Assembly: GCA_964440095.1 (NCBI GenBank)
Contig: CAYTPZ010000001.1
Span: forward strand, 261,327 to 325,326
Length of the DNA stretch: 64,000 bases
DNA from: an uncultured bacterium
GTDB lineage: Bacteria > Krumholzibacteriota > Krumholzibacteriia > JACNKJ01
Direction of reading: 5' to 3'
The notes under the pieces are model-generated. The model saw only the letters and a program-made list of their open reading frames with translations, did not search any database and was not told where the DNA came from. Shown here one piece after another: positions 1-11,347 of the stretch; position 1 is the first letter of the stretch, and each line of letters starts with the position of its first letter. The position numbers and the translations under genes were made by a program.

Positions 1-125
1 GCCGAGCCCAGAGCTCCGTTCTTTACAAGTAGGTCTTCGGATTGATTGTGAACGAACCTGACGTCCACATAATCAGCGCCGCGACCGCGGGCCGTTTCAA
101 GGGCCCGATAGGCCAAGTCCTTCAT
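1..125 (-). CDS. TldD/PmbA family protein, N-terminal fragment (gene continues beyond window start)
   Basis: Reverse-strand translation from ATG 125..123 gives MKDLAYRALETARGRGADYVDVRFVHNQSEDLLVKNGAL, typical of TldD/PmbA N-termini. A GAGGGGG SD lies upstream. The ORF is cut at the window edge. Confidence 0.45.
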   Translation of the reverse strand, partial: MKDLAYRALETARGRGADYVDVRFVHNQSEDLLVKNGALGS

Positions 126-230
126 GGATTCCCCCTCTGGGATGTTGAGCGACCACCGACCGGCAGTCGCGAATTTGCCTGGCCATTCTGCCCGAACTCA
201 TCGGGCAAGTAAAGCCCATGCAGCCCTGGC

Positions 231-797
231 TTAGGGTCGGTGCGGTTTCCGGAGTGTTGTGCGCTCTTCCTGAAAACGCCGGCGGGTTCTGCGTCCGTTA
301 ATGAGTAGGATGAGGGTGATCACTCCCACGAAAGCCGCCATCATGAATCCGCGTGCGCCCCGCTTCCAGGCCGAGCCCGGCAAAAAGAGTTTTAGCTCGT
401 TCCCCTCGAAAAAGTAGCGTCCCTGGTCCAGCTTCACCAGGATGCCCGGGCCCACAAGACGGAAAGGCTGGTCCAGTTTGAACTTGCCCCGCTGGGGCAG
501 GTTCGATTCTTCGCCGATGTACACGAGCAAGGAGTCTGATTCCATCCGAAAACGAAGATGGTCGCGCTTCTTGTCCCAAATCACGGGCATGTCTCTTACA
601 TCGAATATTTCACCCTCGGCCCAGCTGGCCTTGAGCCCCCCCATGACCAGGAGGCTATCGGGGTTCATGTACTCGGTCTCGCCCCGGGCGTCGATGTTTT
701 GTATGGGTCTTCCCGCGAAATTGACTGTAATTTCTAGTTCAAGTGCCGGAACGGAGGCCGCCGCCAGCATCAGCAGGATGATCCCCAAACCTTTCAT
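231..797 (-). CDS. hypothetical protein with N-terminal signal peptide and C-terminal TM anchor
   Basis: 188-aa ORF. AGGAG SD 8 nt upstream of ATG 797. Hydrophobic N-terminus (LLMLAAASVPA) and a C-terminal hydrophobic segment followed by a basic tail. No recognisable family motif. Confidence 0.5.
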   Translation of the reverse strand: MKGLGIILLMLAAASVPALELEITVNFAGRPIQNIDARGETEYMNPDSLLVMGGLKASWAEGEIFDVRDMPVIWDKKRDHLRFRMESDSLLVYIGEESNLPQRGKFKLDQPFRLVGPGILVKLDQGRYFFEGNELKLFLPGSAWKRGARGFMMAAFVGVITLILLINGRRTRRRFQEERTTLRKPHRP

Positions 798-800
798 GGC

Positions 801-1229
801 TCAACTCCTGAGAAAGATGAGTGTGGTGGCCAGACCCAGAATGAAACCCCAAAAAACTTCCGCCCAGGTGTGGCCGCGCAACTCGCGCAGTTTTTCCGTA
901 GCCAGCTGATGGGTGTCCAGAAGTTCGTCGAGGATATCATTGAGGAGGCGGGCTTGCTTGCCCACCTCCTGCCTGAGTCCCGTGGCCTCGAAAACAAAGT
1001 AAGTGCCGAAGACGAGGGTGATGGCGAAGAGAGGCGAAGACAGGCCGGCGACCTTCCAAGCCCCCGTGGCCAAAGATGTGACCGCCGCCGTATGACTACT
1101 GGGCATGCCGCCGGTTTCGAAGAAGCGGTAGAGTTTTAGGCGACGCTCTTTGATGCTCTCCACCACCACCTTGTATAGCTGCGCCAAGATGACACTGGCC
1201 ATGGCGGTCCAGAAAAGGGGATGGAGCAT
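801..1229 (-). CDS. divergent PAP2 / DUF212 (acid phosphatase-vanadium haloperoxidase-related) membrane protein
   Basis: GGMPSSHTA motif diagnostic of the DUF212 (YuiD-like) family. 142 aa with hydrophobic segments. Confidence 0.7.
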   Translation of the reverse strand: MLHPLFWTAMASVILAQLYKVVVESIKERRLKLYRFFETGGMPSSHTAAVTSLATGAWKVAGLSSPLFAITLVFGTYFVFEATGLRQEVGKQARLLNDILDELLDTHQLATEKLRELRGHTWAEVFWGFILGLATTLIFLRS

Positions 1230-1732
1230 CAGTCGTCTCCCAGAATTTTCTGCAGAAGCGCTTCGACTTCAGCGGCATTGCTCACGGGGATGAGCACGGC
1301 GTCGCGCCTGTCATCCAGGGCCTGTCCCGCCAGCTTCTCGCTCCAACCGCCGAATCCCGTGGCGGAAAGAATGGGCTTTCCATAGCTCCAGGCAAAGGCG
1401 ATTTCGCTGAGTGTGCCCGCCCTACCGCCAATGGCCACCACCACGTCGCCGGCCAGCGCGTTCAGACTGTTGCGCGTCCAGCCCATGTTGGTGGGAATCA
1501 GGAAGTGGCAATGTTCGTTGCCGCCTTCGTCGTCCATGCCGGGCAGGATGCCCAGCACCATGCCGCCTTCATCGCGGCAACCGAGACTGGCGGCTCCCAT
1601 GATTCCGTGGCGCCCACCGCTGATCATTCCCCAGCCGTTGCGCCCGATAACGCGTCCTACTTCTTCCGCGAAGGCGCAGGCCTCCGCACTGGCGTCGGCG
1701 TCGCCGATGACGCCTACCTGTTTTAATCGCAA
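1229..1732 (-). CDS. TIGR00725 / LOG-family (Rossmann-fold nucleotide-binding, cytokinin riboside 5'-monophosphate phosphoribohydrolase-like) protein
   Basis: The sequence VGVIGDA...GGRHGIMGAAS...VVAIGGRAGTLSEIAFAW matches the LOG/TIGR00725 pattern. TTG start at 1732, preceded by AGGGAGG. Confidence 0.7.
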   Translation of the reverse strand: MRLKQVGVIGDADASAEACAFAEEVGRVIGRNGWGMISGGRHGIMGAASLGCRDEGGMVLGILPGMDDEGGNEHCHFLIPTNMGWTRNSLNALAGDVVVAIGGRAGTLSEIAFAWSYGKPILSATGFGGWSEKLAGQALDDRRDAVLIPVSNAAEVEALLQKILGDD

Positions 1733-1757
1733 AAAGGGCCTCCCTTAGAGGAGGCCC
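1731..1757 (-). terminator. Rho-independent terminator downstream of nuoN (8-bp GC stem GGGCCTCC/GGAGGCCC, 6-nt loop, T5 tract on minus strand)
   Basis: Inverted repeat at 1736..1743 and 1750..1757. A5 on the plus strand at 1731..1735 gives a U-tract on the minus transcript. The 3' half of the stem also supplies the SD for the downstream TTG start. Confidence 0.55.
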
Positions 1758-1791
1758 GAGTTTAGATTCGCGGATTGCTCCGGTCAAGCAG

Positions 1792-3234
1792 CTAGAAGAG
1801 AACAGGCGGCGCGCTGGCCAGATCCATGAGCCCTGAAGGAAGAATACCCAGGAGGATCACCAGGATCAGCAGAATGCCCAGGAGGATGCCTACACCGCGG
1901 GGAAGGCCCACCGGGGCCGGCTCATCCAGGGGCTCCCGCATGTAGATGAGGTAGATCACGCGCAGGTAGTAATAGGCCGAGACCAGGCTGAAGAGCACAG
2001 CCACAATGGTCAGGCCCACAAATCCACCGCGAACCAATTCGGCGAAGATGAGGAACTTGCCGATGAATCCCACGGCGGGAGGAATGCCCGCCAGAGAGAA
2101 GAGGAAGACCGCCAGGAAAAGCGCCAGCCAGGGATCGCGCTTACCCAGGCCCGCGTATTCATATATGGACTGCCTCGCCTCGCCCTTGCCTCCCGCGATG
2201 GAAACCACGGAGAAAGCACCCAGAGTCATCAAGGAGTAGGCGGCTAGATAGACCAGCATAGCCCTCAGGGAATGCTCGGTGCCGGCCACCAGGGCGAGCA
2301 GGATGTATCCTGCGTGGGCCACGCTGGAAAAGGCCAGCATGCGTTTGATGTTGGCCTGGGCGATGGCCATGAAGTTTCCCACAGCCATGGTGAGCACGGC
2401 CAGCACGATGAGTACGGGAACCCAATCGGCGCGAGCTTCGCCGAAGCCCAAAATGAGAAATCGAGCCAAGGCTCCGAAGGCCGCGGCCTTAGTTCCCGTG
2501 GCCATGAATCCGGCCACAGGCGCAGGGCTGCCCTCGTAGACATCGGCGGCCCAGAAGTGGAAGGGGGCCAGGCTAATCTTGAAAACAAGTCCCACCACCA
2601 CCAGCCAGAACCCGGCCTGAGCCAGAGGTGGATGAAGAAGCTCACCCGTGCTCCAGGCTTCGCGCATTCCCGCCAGGTGCAGAGTGCCCGAGCTTCCCCA
2701 GAGCAGGGCGATGCCGAGCAGCAAGATGGCCGAAGCGAATGCGCCAAGCAGGAAATACTTGAGAGCGGCCTCCACAGACTTCGATTCGTCGCGATGGAAT
2801 CCCGCCAACACGTAGAGGGCCATGGAGAGTATTTCCAAGCCCAGGAAAAGCGTGATCAGCTCTGAAGCGCTGACCAGAAGCATCATTCCCGTGACCGAGA
2901 AGAGTGTGAGGCTGATGTATTCGGCCTGCTCGAGCTTTTCTCTTTTCAGATAGGAGCTGGATGAAACAACCGTGGCCACACCCACGAGAATCATGAGGGC
3001 GCGTAAAAAGACAGCCATGCCATCGGCCGTGAGGCGGCCGCCGAAGGCGGTGGTGCCCAGATCCTGCCAGGAGTTCCAGGTGAAGATGAAGGCCAGGATC
3101 AGACCCGCCAGTGCCACACCCTCCAGCAACAGGGCCGGTGCTCGGCGACGCATTACCATGTCGACAATAAGAACCAGGGCCACCGCCACCAGCAGCGACA
3201 ACTCCGGGGCGATCATAGAAAAGTTCAGATCCAT
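1792..3234 (-). CDS. nuoN: NADH-quinone oxidoreductase subunit N
   Basis: 480 aa, polytopic, antiporter-like NuoN sequence. Last gene of the nuo block. Confidence 0.9.
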   Translation of the reverse strand: MDLNFSMIAPELSLLVAVALVLIVDMVMRRRAPALLLEGVALAGLILAFIFTWNSWQDLGTTAFGGRLTADGMAVFLRALMILVGVATVVSSSSYLKREKLEQAEYISLTLFSVTGMMLLVSASELITLFLGLEILSMALYVLAGFHRDESKSVEAALKYFLLGAFASAILLLGIALLWGSSGTLHLAGMREAWSTGELLHPPLAQAGFWLVVVGLVFKISLAPFHFWAADVYEGSPAPVAGFMATGTKAAAFGALARFLILGFGEARADWVPVLIVLAVLTMAVGNFMAIAQANIKRMLAFSSVAHAGYILLALVAGTEHSLRAMLVYLAAYSLMTLGAFSVVSIAGGKGEARQSIYEYAGLGKRDPWLALFLAVFLFSLAGIPPAVGFIGKFLIFAELVRGGFVGLTIVAVLFSLVSAYYYLRVIYLIYMREPLDEPAPVGLPRGVGILLGILLILVILLGILPSGLMDLASAPPVLF

Positions 3235-3246
3235 GGTTTCGCCTCC

Positions 3247-4791
3247 CTAGTGGCCCTGTGCCGGCCGGTCATGGGTGGTCAGAGGTCGCGAGGGCGGTTC
3301 AAGTTCATCGCCCTTCACATGCTCAATGAGATGACGCACCGATGCGTCCATTTTTCGCAGGAAGGGCTTGGGATACAGACCGATCCAAAGCATGAGGACG
3401 ACCATGGGAATGAGCAGGCCCCACTCCCGTGGTCCGATATCGCGCAGGGCTTGATTCTCAGGCTTGTCGGTCTTGCCGAAGATTACGCGCTGAATCATCC
3501 AAAACATGTAGACCGCACCCAGCACCACGCCCGTTGCACCCAGGATGGCCGGTAGCGGCGCAACCTGGAAGGTGCCGATGAGGATGAGGAACTCCCCCAC
3601 AAATCCGTTGAGTCCCGGCAGGCCGATGGACGAAAGGGTGGCGATCATAAGGAAGACCGTATAGATGGGCATTACTCGGGCGATGCCGCCGAAGTCCTCG
3701 ATGAGACGCGTATGCCGACGCTCGTAGATCATTCCCACCATGAGGAAGAGTGCGCCTGTGCTGAGGCCATGGTTGACCATCTGAAGGATGCCGCCTTCGA
3801 TGCCCTGCATATTCAAGGCGAAGGTACCCAGCATGACGAAACCCAGATGACTCACCGACGAGTAAGCCACCAACTTCTTCACATCTTCCTGAACAAGCGC
3901 CACCAGAGCCCCGTAGATGATGCCGATGACCGCCAGGGTCATGATGAGATCGGTAAACTGCAGCACCGCATCCGGGAAAAAGGGCAGGCAGTATCGCAGG
4001 AATCCGTAGGTGCCCATTTTGAGTAGCACGCCGGCCAGAATCACCGAACCCGCCGTGGGCGCTTCCACGTGGGCGTCAGGAAGCCAGGTGTGCAGCGGGA
4101 ACATGGGAACCTTGATGGCGAAGGCCAGGGCGAAGGCCAGGAAGGCCCACATTTCAGCGCGTCCACCTAATTGGGTGCCCAGCAGGGCTTCCCAATCGAA
4201 GGTCCAGATACCGGTGGCACCGTGATGCTGGGCCACCAGATAAAGGATGGCCGCCAGCATGAGAACGCTGCCCGCCATGGTGAAGAGGAAAAACTTCACC
4301 GCGGCATAGATCCGGCGCCGGCCGCCCCAGATACCGATGATGAAGTACATGGGTATCAACATGGCTTCCCAGAAGAGATAGAAAAGGAAGAGATCGGAAG
4401 CCACGAAAACGCCAAGCATGCCGGTCTGCAGCATGAGCAGGAAGAAGTGATAGCCCTTCACGCGATCGGTCACCGAGGTCCAGCCACCCAATACGGCCAG
4501 AGGCATGATGAATGTGGTGAGCAGGACCATGAGCAGGCTGATGCCGTCCACGCCCACCGAATAGCCGATGCCCGCCGCCGGAATCCAGGGCAGCTTCTGC
4601 ACAAACTGGAAGGCGTGTGTGCCTTCCTGGAAGTGGAACCAGAGGTGCAGAGACAGGACGAAGGTGATGAGGGTCACCATCAGGGTCCAGCCGCGAATGA
4701 GCGTCTTCTTTTCCTCGGAGAAGACCAGCAGCGGGAGAGCTCCCAGCATAGGCAGGAAGGTGATCCAAGTGAGAATCCAGTTGTCGATCAT
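3247..4791 (-). CDS. nuoM: NADH-quinone oxidoreductase subunit M
   Basis: 514-aa antiporter-like subunit with the NuoM N-terminus [19 protein letters not shown]. Confidence 0.9.
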   Translation of the reverse strand: MIDNWILTWITFLPMLGALPLLVFSEEKKTLIRGWTLMVTLITFVLSLHLWFHFQEGTHAFQFVQKLPWIPAAGIGYSVGVDGISLLMVLLTTFIMPLAVLGGWTSVTDRVKGYHFFLLMLQTGMLGVFVASDLFLFYLFWEAMLIPMYFIIGIWGGRRRIYAAVKFFLFTMAGSVLMLAAILYLVAQHHGATGIWTFDWEALLGTQLGGRAEMWAFLAFALAFAIKVPMFPLHTWLPDAHVEAPTAGSVILAGVLLKMGTYGFLRYCLPFFPDAVLQFTDLIMTLAVIGIIYGALVALVQEDVKKLVAYSSVSHLGFVMLGTFALNMQGIEGGILQMVNHGLSTGALFLMVGMIYERRHTRLIEDFGGIARVMPIYTVFLMIATLSSIGLPGLNGFVGEFLILIGTFQVAPLPAILGATGVVLGAVYMFWMIQRVIFGKTDKPENQALRDIGPREWGLLIPMVVLMLWIGLYPKPFLRKMDASVRHLIEHVKGDELEPPSRPLTTHDRPAQGH

Positions 4792-4803
4792 CGCCCTCCC
4801 CTC

Positions 4804-6732
<1,929 letters not shown>

Positions 6733-6739
6733 TCCTAGC

Positions 6740-7042
6740 CTAACTCCTCAGGAGTGATGCCTTGTCCAGGTCGATGTTCCGCATTTTACGGAACACCGCG
6801 ATGATGATGGCGAGCCCCACCGCAGCCTCGGCCGCTGCAACGGCCATGACGAAGAAGGCCATGACCTGGCCGTCCAAATCCACGCGTATGCGCGAGAAGG
6901 TGACCAGCAGCAGATTCACGGCGTTGAGCATGAGCTCCACACTCATAAACACCACGATGGCATTCCGGCGAATGAGGAAACCCAAGGTGCCGATGCCGAA
7001 AAGCAGAAGAGCCACGATGATGGCGGCGTTGAGGTTTATCAT
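6740..7042 (-). CDS. nuoK: NADH-quinone oxidoreductase subunit K
   Basis: The 100-aa NuoK ([22 protein letters not shown]...) starts at internal ATG 7042 with a GGAGGG SD. The longer ORF-track N-terminus is an artefact. Confidence 0.85.
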   Translation of the reverse strand: MINLNAAIIVALLLFGIGTLGFLIRRNAIVVFMSVELMLNAVNLLLVTFSRIRVDLDGQVMAFFVMAVAAAEAAVGLAIIIAVFRKMRNIDLDKASLLRS

Positions 7043-7533
7043 TGGATTTCCCTCCGGGCCATGATCACGGCGGCCACGATGGCCATGAGCAGGAGTACGG
7101 CAGTCAATTCGAAGGGAAGCAGGAACTTCCCGAAAATCAGATCGCCTATGGCCCCTACCTCGCCCTTGAGTTCGCCGCCGGGAGATGCAGGCAAACGGCG
7201 GGATAAATCCAGGAAGAGCAGCGAGCCTGTAAGGACGATGGCCAGAGCTGAGGCGGCCCACTTGATCTTGCGATTCATGAAGGGCGGCAGTTCATCGGGG
7301 CTGAGATTCAGCATCATGATCACGAACAGGAAAAGCACCATGATGGCCCCGGCATAAACCGCTACCTGCACCACGGCCAGGAAGAAGGCATCCATGAGCA
7401 CGTAGATGCCGGCCAAGCTAAAGAAGGTTAGCACCAGGAAAAGAGCCGAACTGACAGGGTTTTTTCGTGTGACCACCATGACCGCGGAGGCCAGGGCCAG
7501 GGCCGAGAAAACGTAGAAGAGGAAGCTGATCAC
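7039..7533 (-). CDS. nuoJ: NADH-quinone oxidoreductase subunit J
   Basis: NuoJ motif [21 protein letters not shown] start at 7533 is preceded by GGGAGG. The ORF-track N-terminal 28 aa are rejected. Confidence 0.8.
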   Translation of the reverse strand: MISFLFYVFSALALASAVMVVTRKNPVSSALFLVLTFFSLAGIYVLMDAFFLAVVQVAVYAGAIMVLFLFVIMMLNLSPDELPPFMNRKIKWAASALAIVLTGSLLFLDLSRRLPASPGGELKGEVGAIGDLIFGKFLLPFELTAVLLLMAIVAAVIMARREIQ

Positions 7534-8576
7534 GAGGTGCCTCCCAATCCGAAGCCCAGAATGATGATGCCGTAGAGAAGAATGTTCACGAGGGAAAGCG
7601 GCAAGAGCACCTTCCACCCCAGGCCCATGAGCTGGTCATAGCGGAATCGCGGCAAGGACCAGCGCACCCAGATGAAGATGAAGAGCCAGACAGCCGTCTT
7701 GGCCATGAATGTGATCACGTGCAGCATGCCCAGCAGGAATCCGTGATTCTCGAAGAAGGCCAGGTTTTCGATGAAGGGCAGATGATAGCCGCCGAAGAAG
7801 AGCGTCACGATGAGCGCGCTGGCGGTGATCATGTTGGCATATTCGCCTAGAAAGAAAGAGGCGAATTTCATGCTGCTGTATTCGGTGTGAAAGCCCCCCA
7901 CCAGTTCCGGCTCCGCCTCGGGTAGATCGAAGGGCAGGCGGTTGGTTTCAGCGAAGGACGAGATGACGAAAAGCAGGAAACTCAAGGGTTGTGTGATCAC
8001 GAACCAAAGGTGATTGCCCTGCCAGTCCACAATGCCCGTGAGCATGAGGGTTCCGGACATCATGATGATGGGAATCACCGAAAGACCCATGGAGATTTCG
8101 TAGCTGATCATCTGCGCGCTGGAGCGCAATCCGCCGAGCAGGGAATACTTGTTGTTGCTCGACCAGCCTCCCACGGCCAAGCCGTAAACTCCCAGGCTCG
8201 CGATGGCGAAGATGAAGAGTATGCCGATGGACAGGTCGGCCACGATCATCTTCACTTCCATGCCGAAGATGGGCAGGGTGCTGCCGAAGGGCACCACGGC
8301 GAAGGTCATGAGCGCCGGCGCCATGGTGAGCATGGGTGCTAGCGCGTGCAGGGCCTTGTTGGCCGTCTGGGGAACGTAGTCTTCCTTGAAGACGAACTTG
8401 AGACCGTCGGCGATGGGCTGGAGCAAACCCCAGATACCCACGCGATTAGGACCCTTGCGCCACTGGATGATGGCCGAGACTTTTCGTTCCGCCAGCGTCA
8501 TGTAGGCCACGGTGCCCAAGGTCAGGGCGAAGACCACCAGTATCTTCCCAAGTGTGATCCAGATGGCGGGGTTCAT
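7530..8576 (-). CDS. nuoH: NADH-quinone oxidoreductase subunit H
   Basis: 348 aa with NuoH/ND1 signature regions. ATGA overlap with nuoF upstream and direct junction with nuoJ downstream, so there is no nuoI gene. Confidence 0.9.
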   Translation of the reverse strand: MNPAIWITLGKILVVFALTLGTVAYMTLAERKVSAIIQWRKGPNRVGIWGLLQPIADGLKFVFKEDYVPQTANKALHALAPMLTMAPALMTFAVVPFGSTLPIFGMEVKMIVADLSIGILFIFAIASLGVYGLAVGGWSSNNKYSLLGGLRSSAQMISYEISMGLSVIPIIMMSGTLMLTGIVDWQGNHLWFVITQPLSFLLFVISSFAETNRLPFDLPEAEPELVGGFHTEYSSMKFASFFLGEYANMITASALIVTLFFGGYHLPFIENLAFFENHGFLLGMLHVITFMAKTAVWLFIFIWVRWSLPRFRYDQLMGLGWKVLLPLSLVNILLYGIIILGFGLGGTS

Positions 8577-9859
8577 CGTGAGCCTCCCGCGCCGGCAGCG
8601 ATGCGAGCTTCAAACTCGCCGCGGAATTTCTGCAGGAAGGCTTCCAAGGGCATGCGCGCGGCATCGCCCAAGGGACAGACGGTTTTGAAAGCGATGTTGT
8701 CGCAGATGTCCTGCATGTCTTCGATCTCGCCTGCTCGCCCCTGTCCCTTTTCAAAACGGTGCAGGATTTTCTCCAGCCAGCCGGTGCCTTCACGGCAAGG
8801 GGTGCACTGTCCGCAACTTTCATGGTGGTAGAAGCGCATGAGGTTGGCGGCGGCGGCCACGATGTCCACGGTTTCATCCAGCACGATCACCGCAGCGCTG
8901 CCCAGCATGGAGCCCACCGAAGCCAGGGAATCGAAATCCATGTTCACGGACATGGCCTCTTCTGCAGTGAGCACCGGCGTGGAGCTTCCACCCGGAATGA
9001 CCGCCTTGAGCTTTCGGCCCTTCCAAACCCCACCGCAAAGATCGTCGATCACCTCGCGCAGAGGCATGCCCATGGGACCTTCATAGGTGCCGGGGCGTTC
9101 CACATGTCCGCTCACGCAGAAGAGCTTGGGGCCGGTGTTCTTTTCGGGCCCGATGGAGGCGAACCAATCGGCGCCGCGCTCGATAATGGATGGCACACAG
9201 GCCAGAGTTTCCACGTTGTTGATCACCGTGGGACGCCCGTAAAGACCCACCACCGCCGGGAAGGGCGGCTTGATGCGCGGGTAGCCGCGCTTGCCTTCGA
9301 GGCTTTCCAGAAGCGCGGTTTCTTCACCACAAATGTAAGCTCCCGCTCCGCGATGCACGATGATGTCCAGATCGAATCCGCTGCCCAGGATATTCGTCCC
9401 CACATAACCCGCAGCGCGCGCTTCTTCCACGGCTTTCTCGAGGATGATGGCCTCTTCGGGATACTCGCCGCGGATGTAGATGAAACAATGATTCGCCTGC
9501 AAGGCGTAGCTGCTGAGAATGCAGCCTTCAAGAAGCAGATGCGGGTTGTCGCGCAGGATGACCCGATCTTTGAAGGTTCCGGGTTCGCTCTCGTCAGCAT
9601 TGCAGACCAGATAGCGCGGACCGGGGTTGGCTTCCTGAGACGGCAGGAAACCCCATTTCACGCCGGCGGGGAATCCCGCGCCGCCGCGTCCACGTAGTTG
9701 GGAAGCCTTCACCTCTTCGGTGACCTCGGCCGGACTGAACTCCTTCAGGCCCTTTTTGAGCGCTTTATATCCACCCTCACCTTCGAATACGGCAAGGGTG
9801 CGGGAGTTTTCCATCCCGACGATGCGAGTGAGAAGGGGTTCGAAGGCGGCCACGCTCAA
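8573..9859 (-). CDS. nuoF: NADH-quinone oxidoreductase subunit F (51 kDa, FMN/NADH-binding)
   Basis: GRGGAGFP and CGQCTPCREG motifs. 428 aa. Confidence 0.9.
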   Translation of the reverse strand: MSVAAFEPLLTRIVGMENSRTLAVFEGEGGYKALKKGLKEFSPAEVTEEVKASQLRGRGGAGFPAGVKWGFLPSQEANPGPRYLVCNADESEPGTFKDRVILRDNPHLLLEGCILSSYALQANHCFIYIRGEYPEEAIILEKAVEEARAAGYVGTNILGSGFDLDIIVHRGAGAYICGEETALLESLEGKRGYPRIKPPFPAVVGLYGRPTVINNVETLACVPSIIERGADWFASIGPEKNTGPKLFCVSGHVERPGTYEGPMGMPLREVIDDLCGGVWKGRKLKAVIPGGSSTPVLTAEEAMSVNMDFDSLASVGSMLGSAAVIVLDETVDIVAAAANLMRFYHHESCGQCTPCREGTGWLEKILHRFEKGQGRAGEIEDMQDICDNIAFKTVCPLGDAARMPLEAFLQKFRGEFEARIAAGAGGSR

Positions 9860-10323
9860 TCCTCCACCTTGTCGAGGATGGCGGCCACGCGCTCGGGCGT
9901 GAGATTCTCATGCAGCGAATCGCCGATCATCATGGCCGGCGCCGTACCGCAGGCGCCGATGCACTCCACCTCGATGAGGCTGTATTTTTCATCGGAGCTG
10001 GTCTCGCCCGGTCCGATCCCGATTTTATCGTGGATCATTTTGCGAATGCTCTGGGCGCCGCGAATGTCGCAACTGAGGGTGCGGCAAAGCTGGATCACAT
10101 TTCGCCCCACGGGCTTGGTGAAGTACATGCTGTAAAAAGTGACCACACCTTCCACATGGGCGGGGCTCAAGTCGAGTCGTTCAGCGGCCCACTTCATGCC
10201 TTCAGGCGAAACCCAACCCTTTTCCCGCTGGAGCAAATGCAGCAGGGGCAAGAGCGCGCTCTTGGCCTCGGGATAGCGGGTGACGATGGCGTCGACCTCT
10301 TGGGTGATCTCCTCGGAAAACAT
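9856..10323 (-). CDS. nuoE: NADH-quinone oxidoreductase subunit E (24 kDa)
   Basis: NuoE 2Fe-2S region CRTLSCDIRGA...CIGACGTAPAM. Start at internal ATG 10323 with a GAGGAG SD. ORF-track N-terminus rejected. Confidence 0.85.
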   Translation of the reverse strand: MFSEEITQEVDAIVTRYPEAKSALLPLLHLLQREKGWVSPEGMKWAAERLDLSPAHVEGVVTFYSMYFTKPVGRNVIQLCRTLSCDIRGAQSIRKMIHDKIGIGPGETSSDEKYSLIEVECIGACGTAPAMMIGDSLHENLTPERVAAILDKVED

Positions 10324-10330
10324 CGACTCC

Positions 10331-10816
10331 TCAGCGATTGTCGTCGTGCTTGCCCCGTGTGGGGATCTGCTTTTGCAAGGGATGTCCATGCTCATAATCT
10401 TCGGTGAGCAGGATGCGGCGTAGGTCGGGGTGCCCGGTGAAGCGGATACCCATGAGATCCCATATCTCGCGTTCATTCCAATCGGCCGACTCCCAAAGCG
10501 CCGTGGCGCTGGGAACTTCGGGACCGTCCTCCCCTTCGATGGCCGGCACCTGCACACGCAGGCGACGGCCGCTGCTCGGAGACAGAAGGTGATAGCTCAC
10601 TTTGAAACGCGGCTGCCAATCCAGCTTCAAACCGTCTACGCCACTCTGGTCGGTGAGCATGCGGAAGGCCGGTTCACTTTCGTCGCGGAGCCAGGTCAGC
10701 AGTTCCAGCAGAGTTTCCGCACCGGTTTCCAAGGTGATCTCGCCGTGTTCCTCTCGGACCTTAACCCGCCCCTTCCAGGCGTCGGGAAGTGCAAAGCTCT
10801 TAGGCGTCATGTTCAT
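10331..10816 (-). CDS. nuoC: NADH-quinone oxidoreductase subunit C (30 kDa)
   Basis: 161 aa with the NuoC motif WNEREIWDLMGIRFTGHPDLRRIL...GHPLQK. It is not a NuoCD fusion. Confidence 0.85.
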   Translation of the reverse strand: MNMTPKSFALPDAWKGRVKVREEHGEITLETGAETLLELLTWLRDESEPAFRMLTDQSGVDGLKLDWQPRFKVSYHLLSPSSGRRLRVQVPAIEGEDGPEVPSATALWESADWNEREIWDLMGIRFTGHPDLRRILLTEDYEHGHPLQKQIPTRGKHDDNR

Positions 10817-11216
10817 TCTCCCCCGCTCCCTTGTCCCATTGGAGAGCCTTGGCGCCGAGGATGTAGAAGTATCCCAGCAGAAGGATGACCATGAAGATGC
10901 CCATCTCGACCAGGCCGAAGAGACCCAGTTCCTTGGACTTCACGGCCCACGGGTAGAGGAAGACCACTTCGATGTCGAAGAGGATAAAGAGGATGGCCAC
11001 TAGGTAGAATTTTACCGAGAAGCGGTCTCGGGCGTCGCCGCGAGGTTCCACGCCGCATTCGTAAGGTTCGAACTTGCCCTTGTCATTGCTGCGTCGTCCC
11101 ACATAGCGGCTGATGGCCACCAACAAGCCGGCGAATCCCGTGGCCAACACGAGCAGGATCAGGATCGGAACATAGGATCCTGAGGCAAAGCTGTCTTCCA
11201 GGGCAAAAAATGGCAT
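10800..11216 (-). CDS. nuoA: NADH-quinone oxidoreductase subunit A
   Basis: NuoA motif KFEPYECGVEP...FDIEVVFLYPWAV. Start assigned to ATG 11216 (M26 of the track ORF). Weak SD, so the start is uncertain. Confidence 0.75.
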   Translation of the reverse strand: MPFFALEDSFASGSYVPILILLVLATGFAGLLVAISRYVGRRSNDKGKFEPYECGVEPRGDARDRFSVKFYLVAILFILFDIEVVFLYPWAVKSKELGLFGLVEMGIFMVILLLGYFYILGAKALQWDKGAGENEHDA

Positions 11217-11261
11217 CGGAACCGGCGTGGCCTTTCGATCTCGGGAGGGGTTGCAAGGGCA

Positions 11262-11291
11262 CATACTGGACAGAGCAGGCCCCCCTGTCAA
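11262..11291 (-). promoter_or_regulatory. candidate sigma70-type promoter for the nuo operon (TTGACA -35 at 11291..11286; weak -10 AGTATG about 18 bp downstream)
   Basis: Exact TTGACA in the 131-bp gap upstream of nuoA. The -10 is poor, so this is weak. Confidence 0.3.
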
Positions 11292-11347
11292 CGGCTACAT
11301 GCCGACATAGCGCCAGAAGCTCGATAACAATGCTAACTTGTTTGGAC

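Noticed and set aside
6740-7617. Long N-terminal extensions in track ORFs for nuoK (173 aa) and nuoJ (192 aa starting MEGAL)
   Set aside because: Conserved NuoK and NuoJ sequences begin at the internal ATG 7042 and GTG 7533, each with a strong SD. The extensions are Arg/His-rich read-through of upstream gene ends.
9856-11291. 233-aa NuoE and 163-aa NuoA track ORFs, and the possibility that nuoC is a NuoCD fusion
   Set aside because: NuoE homology starts at M79 (GAGGAG SD). NuoA at M26 fits the family length. nuoC is only 161 aa, and nuoE starts 8 nt after its stop, so no NuoD-like sequence is present.
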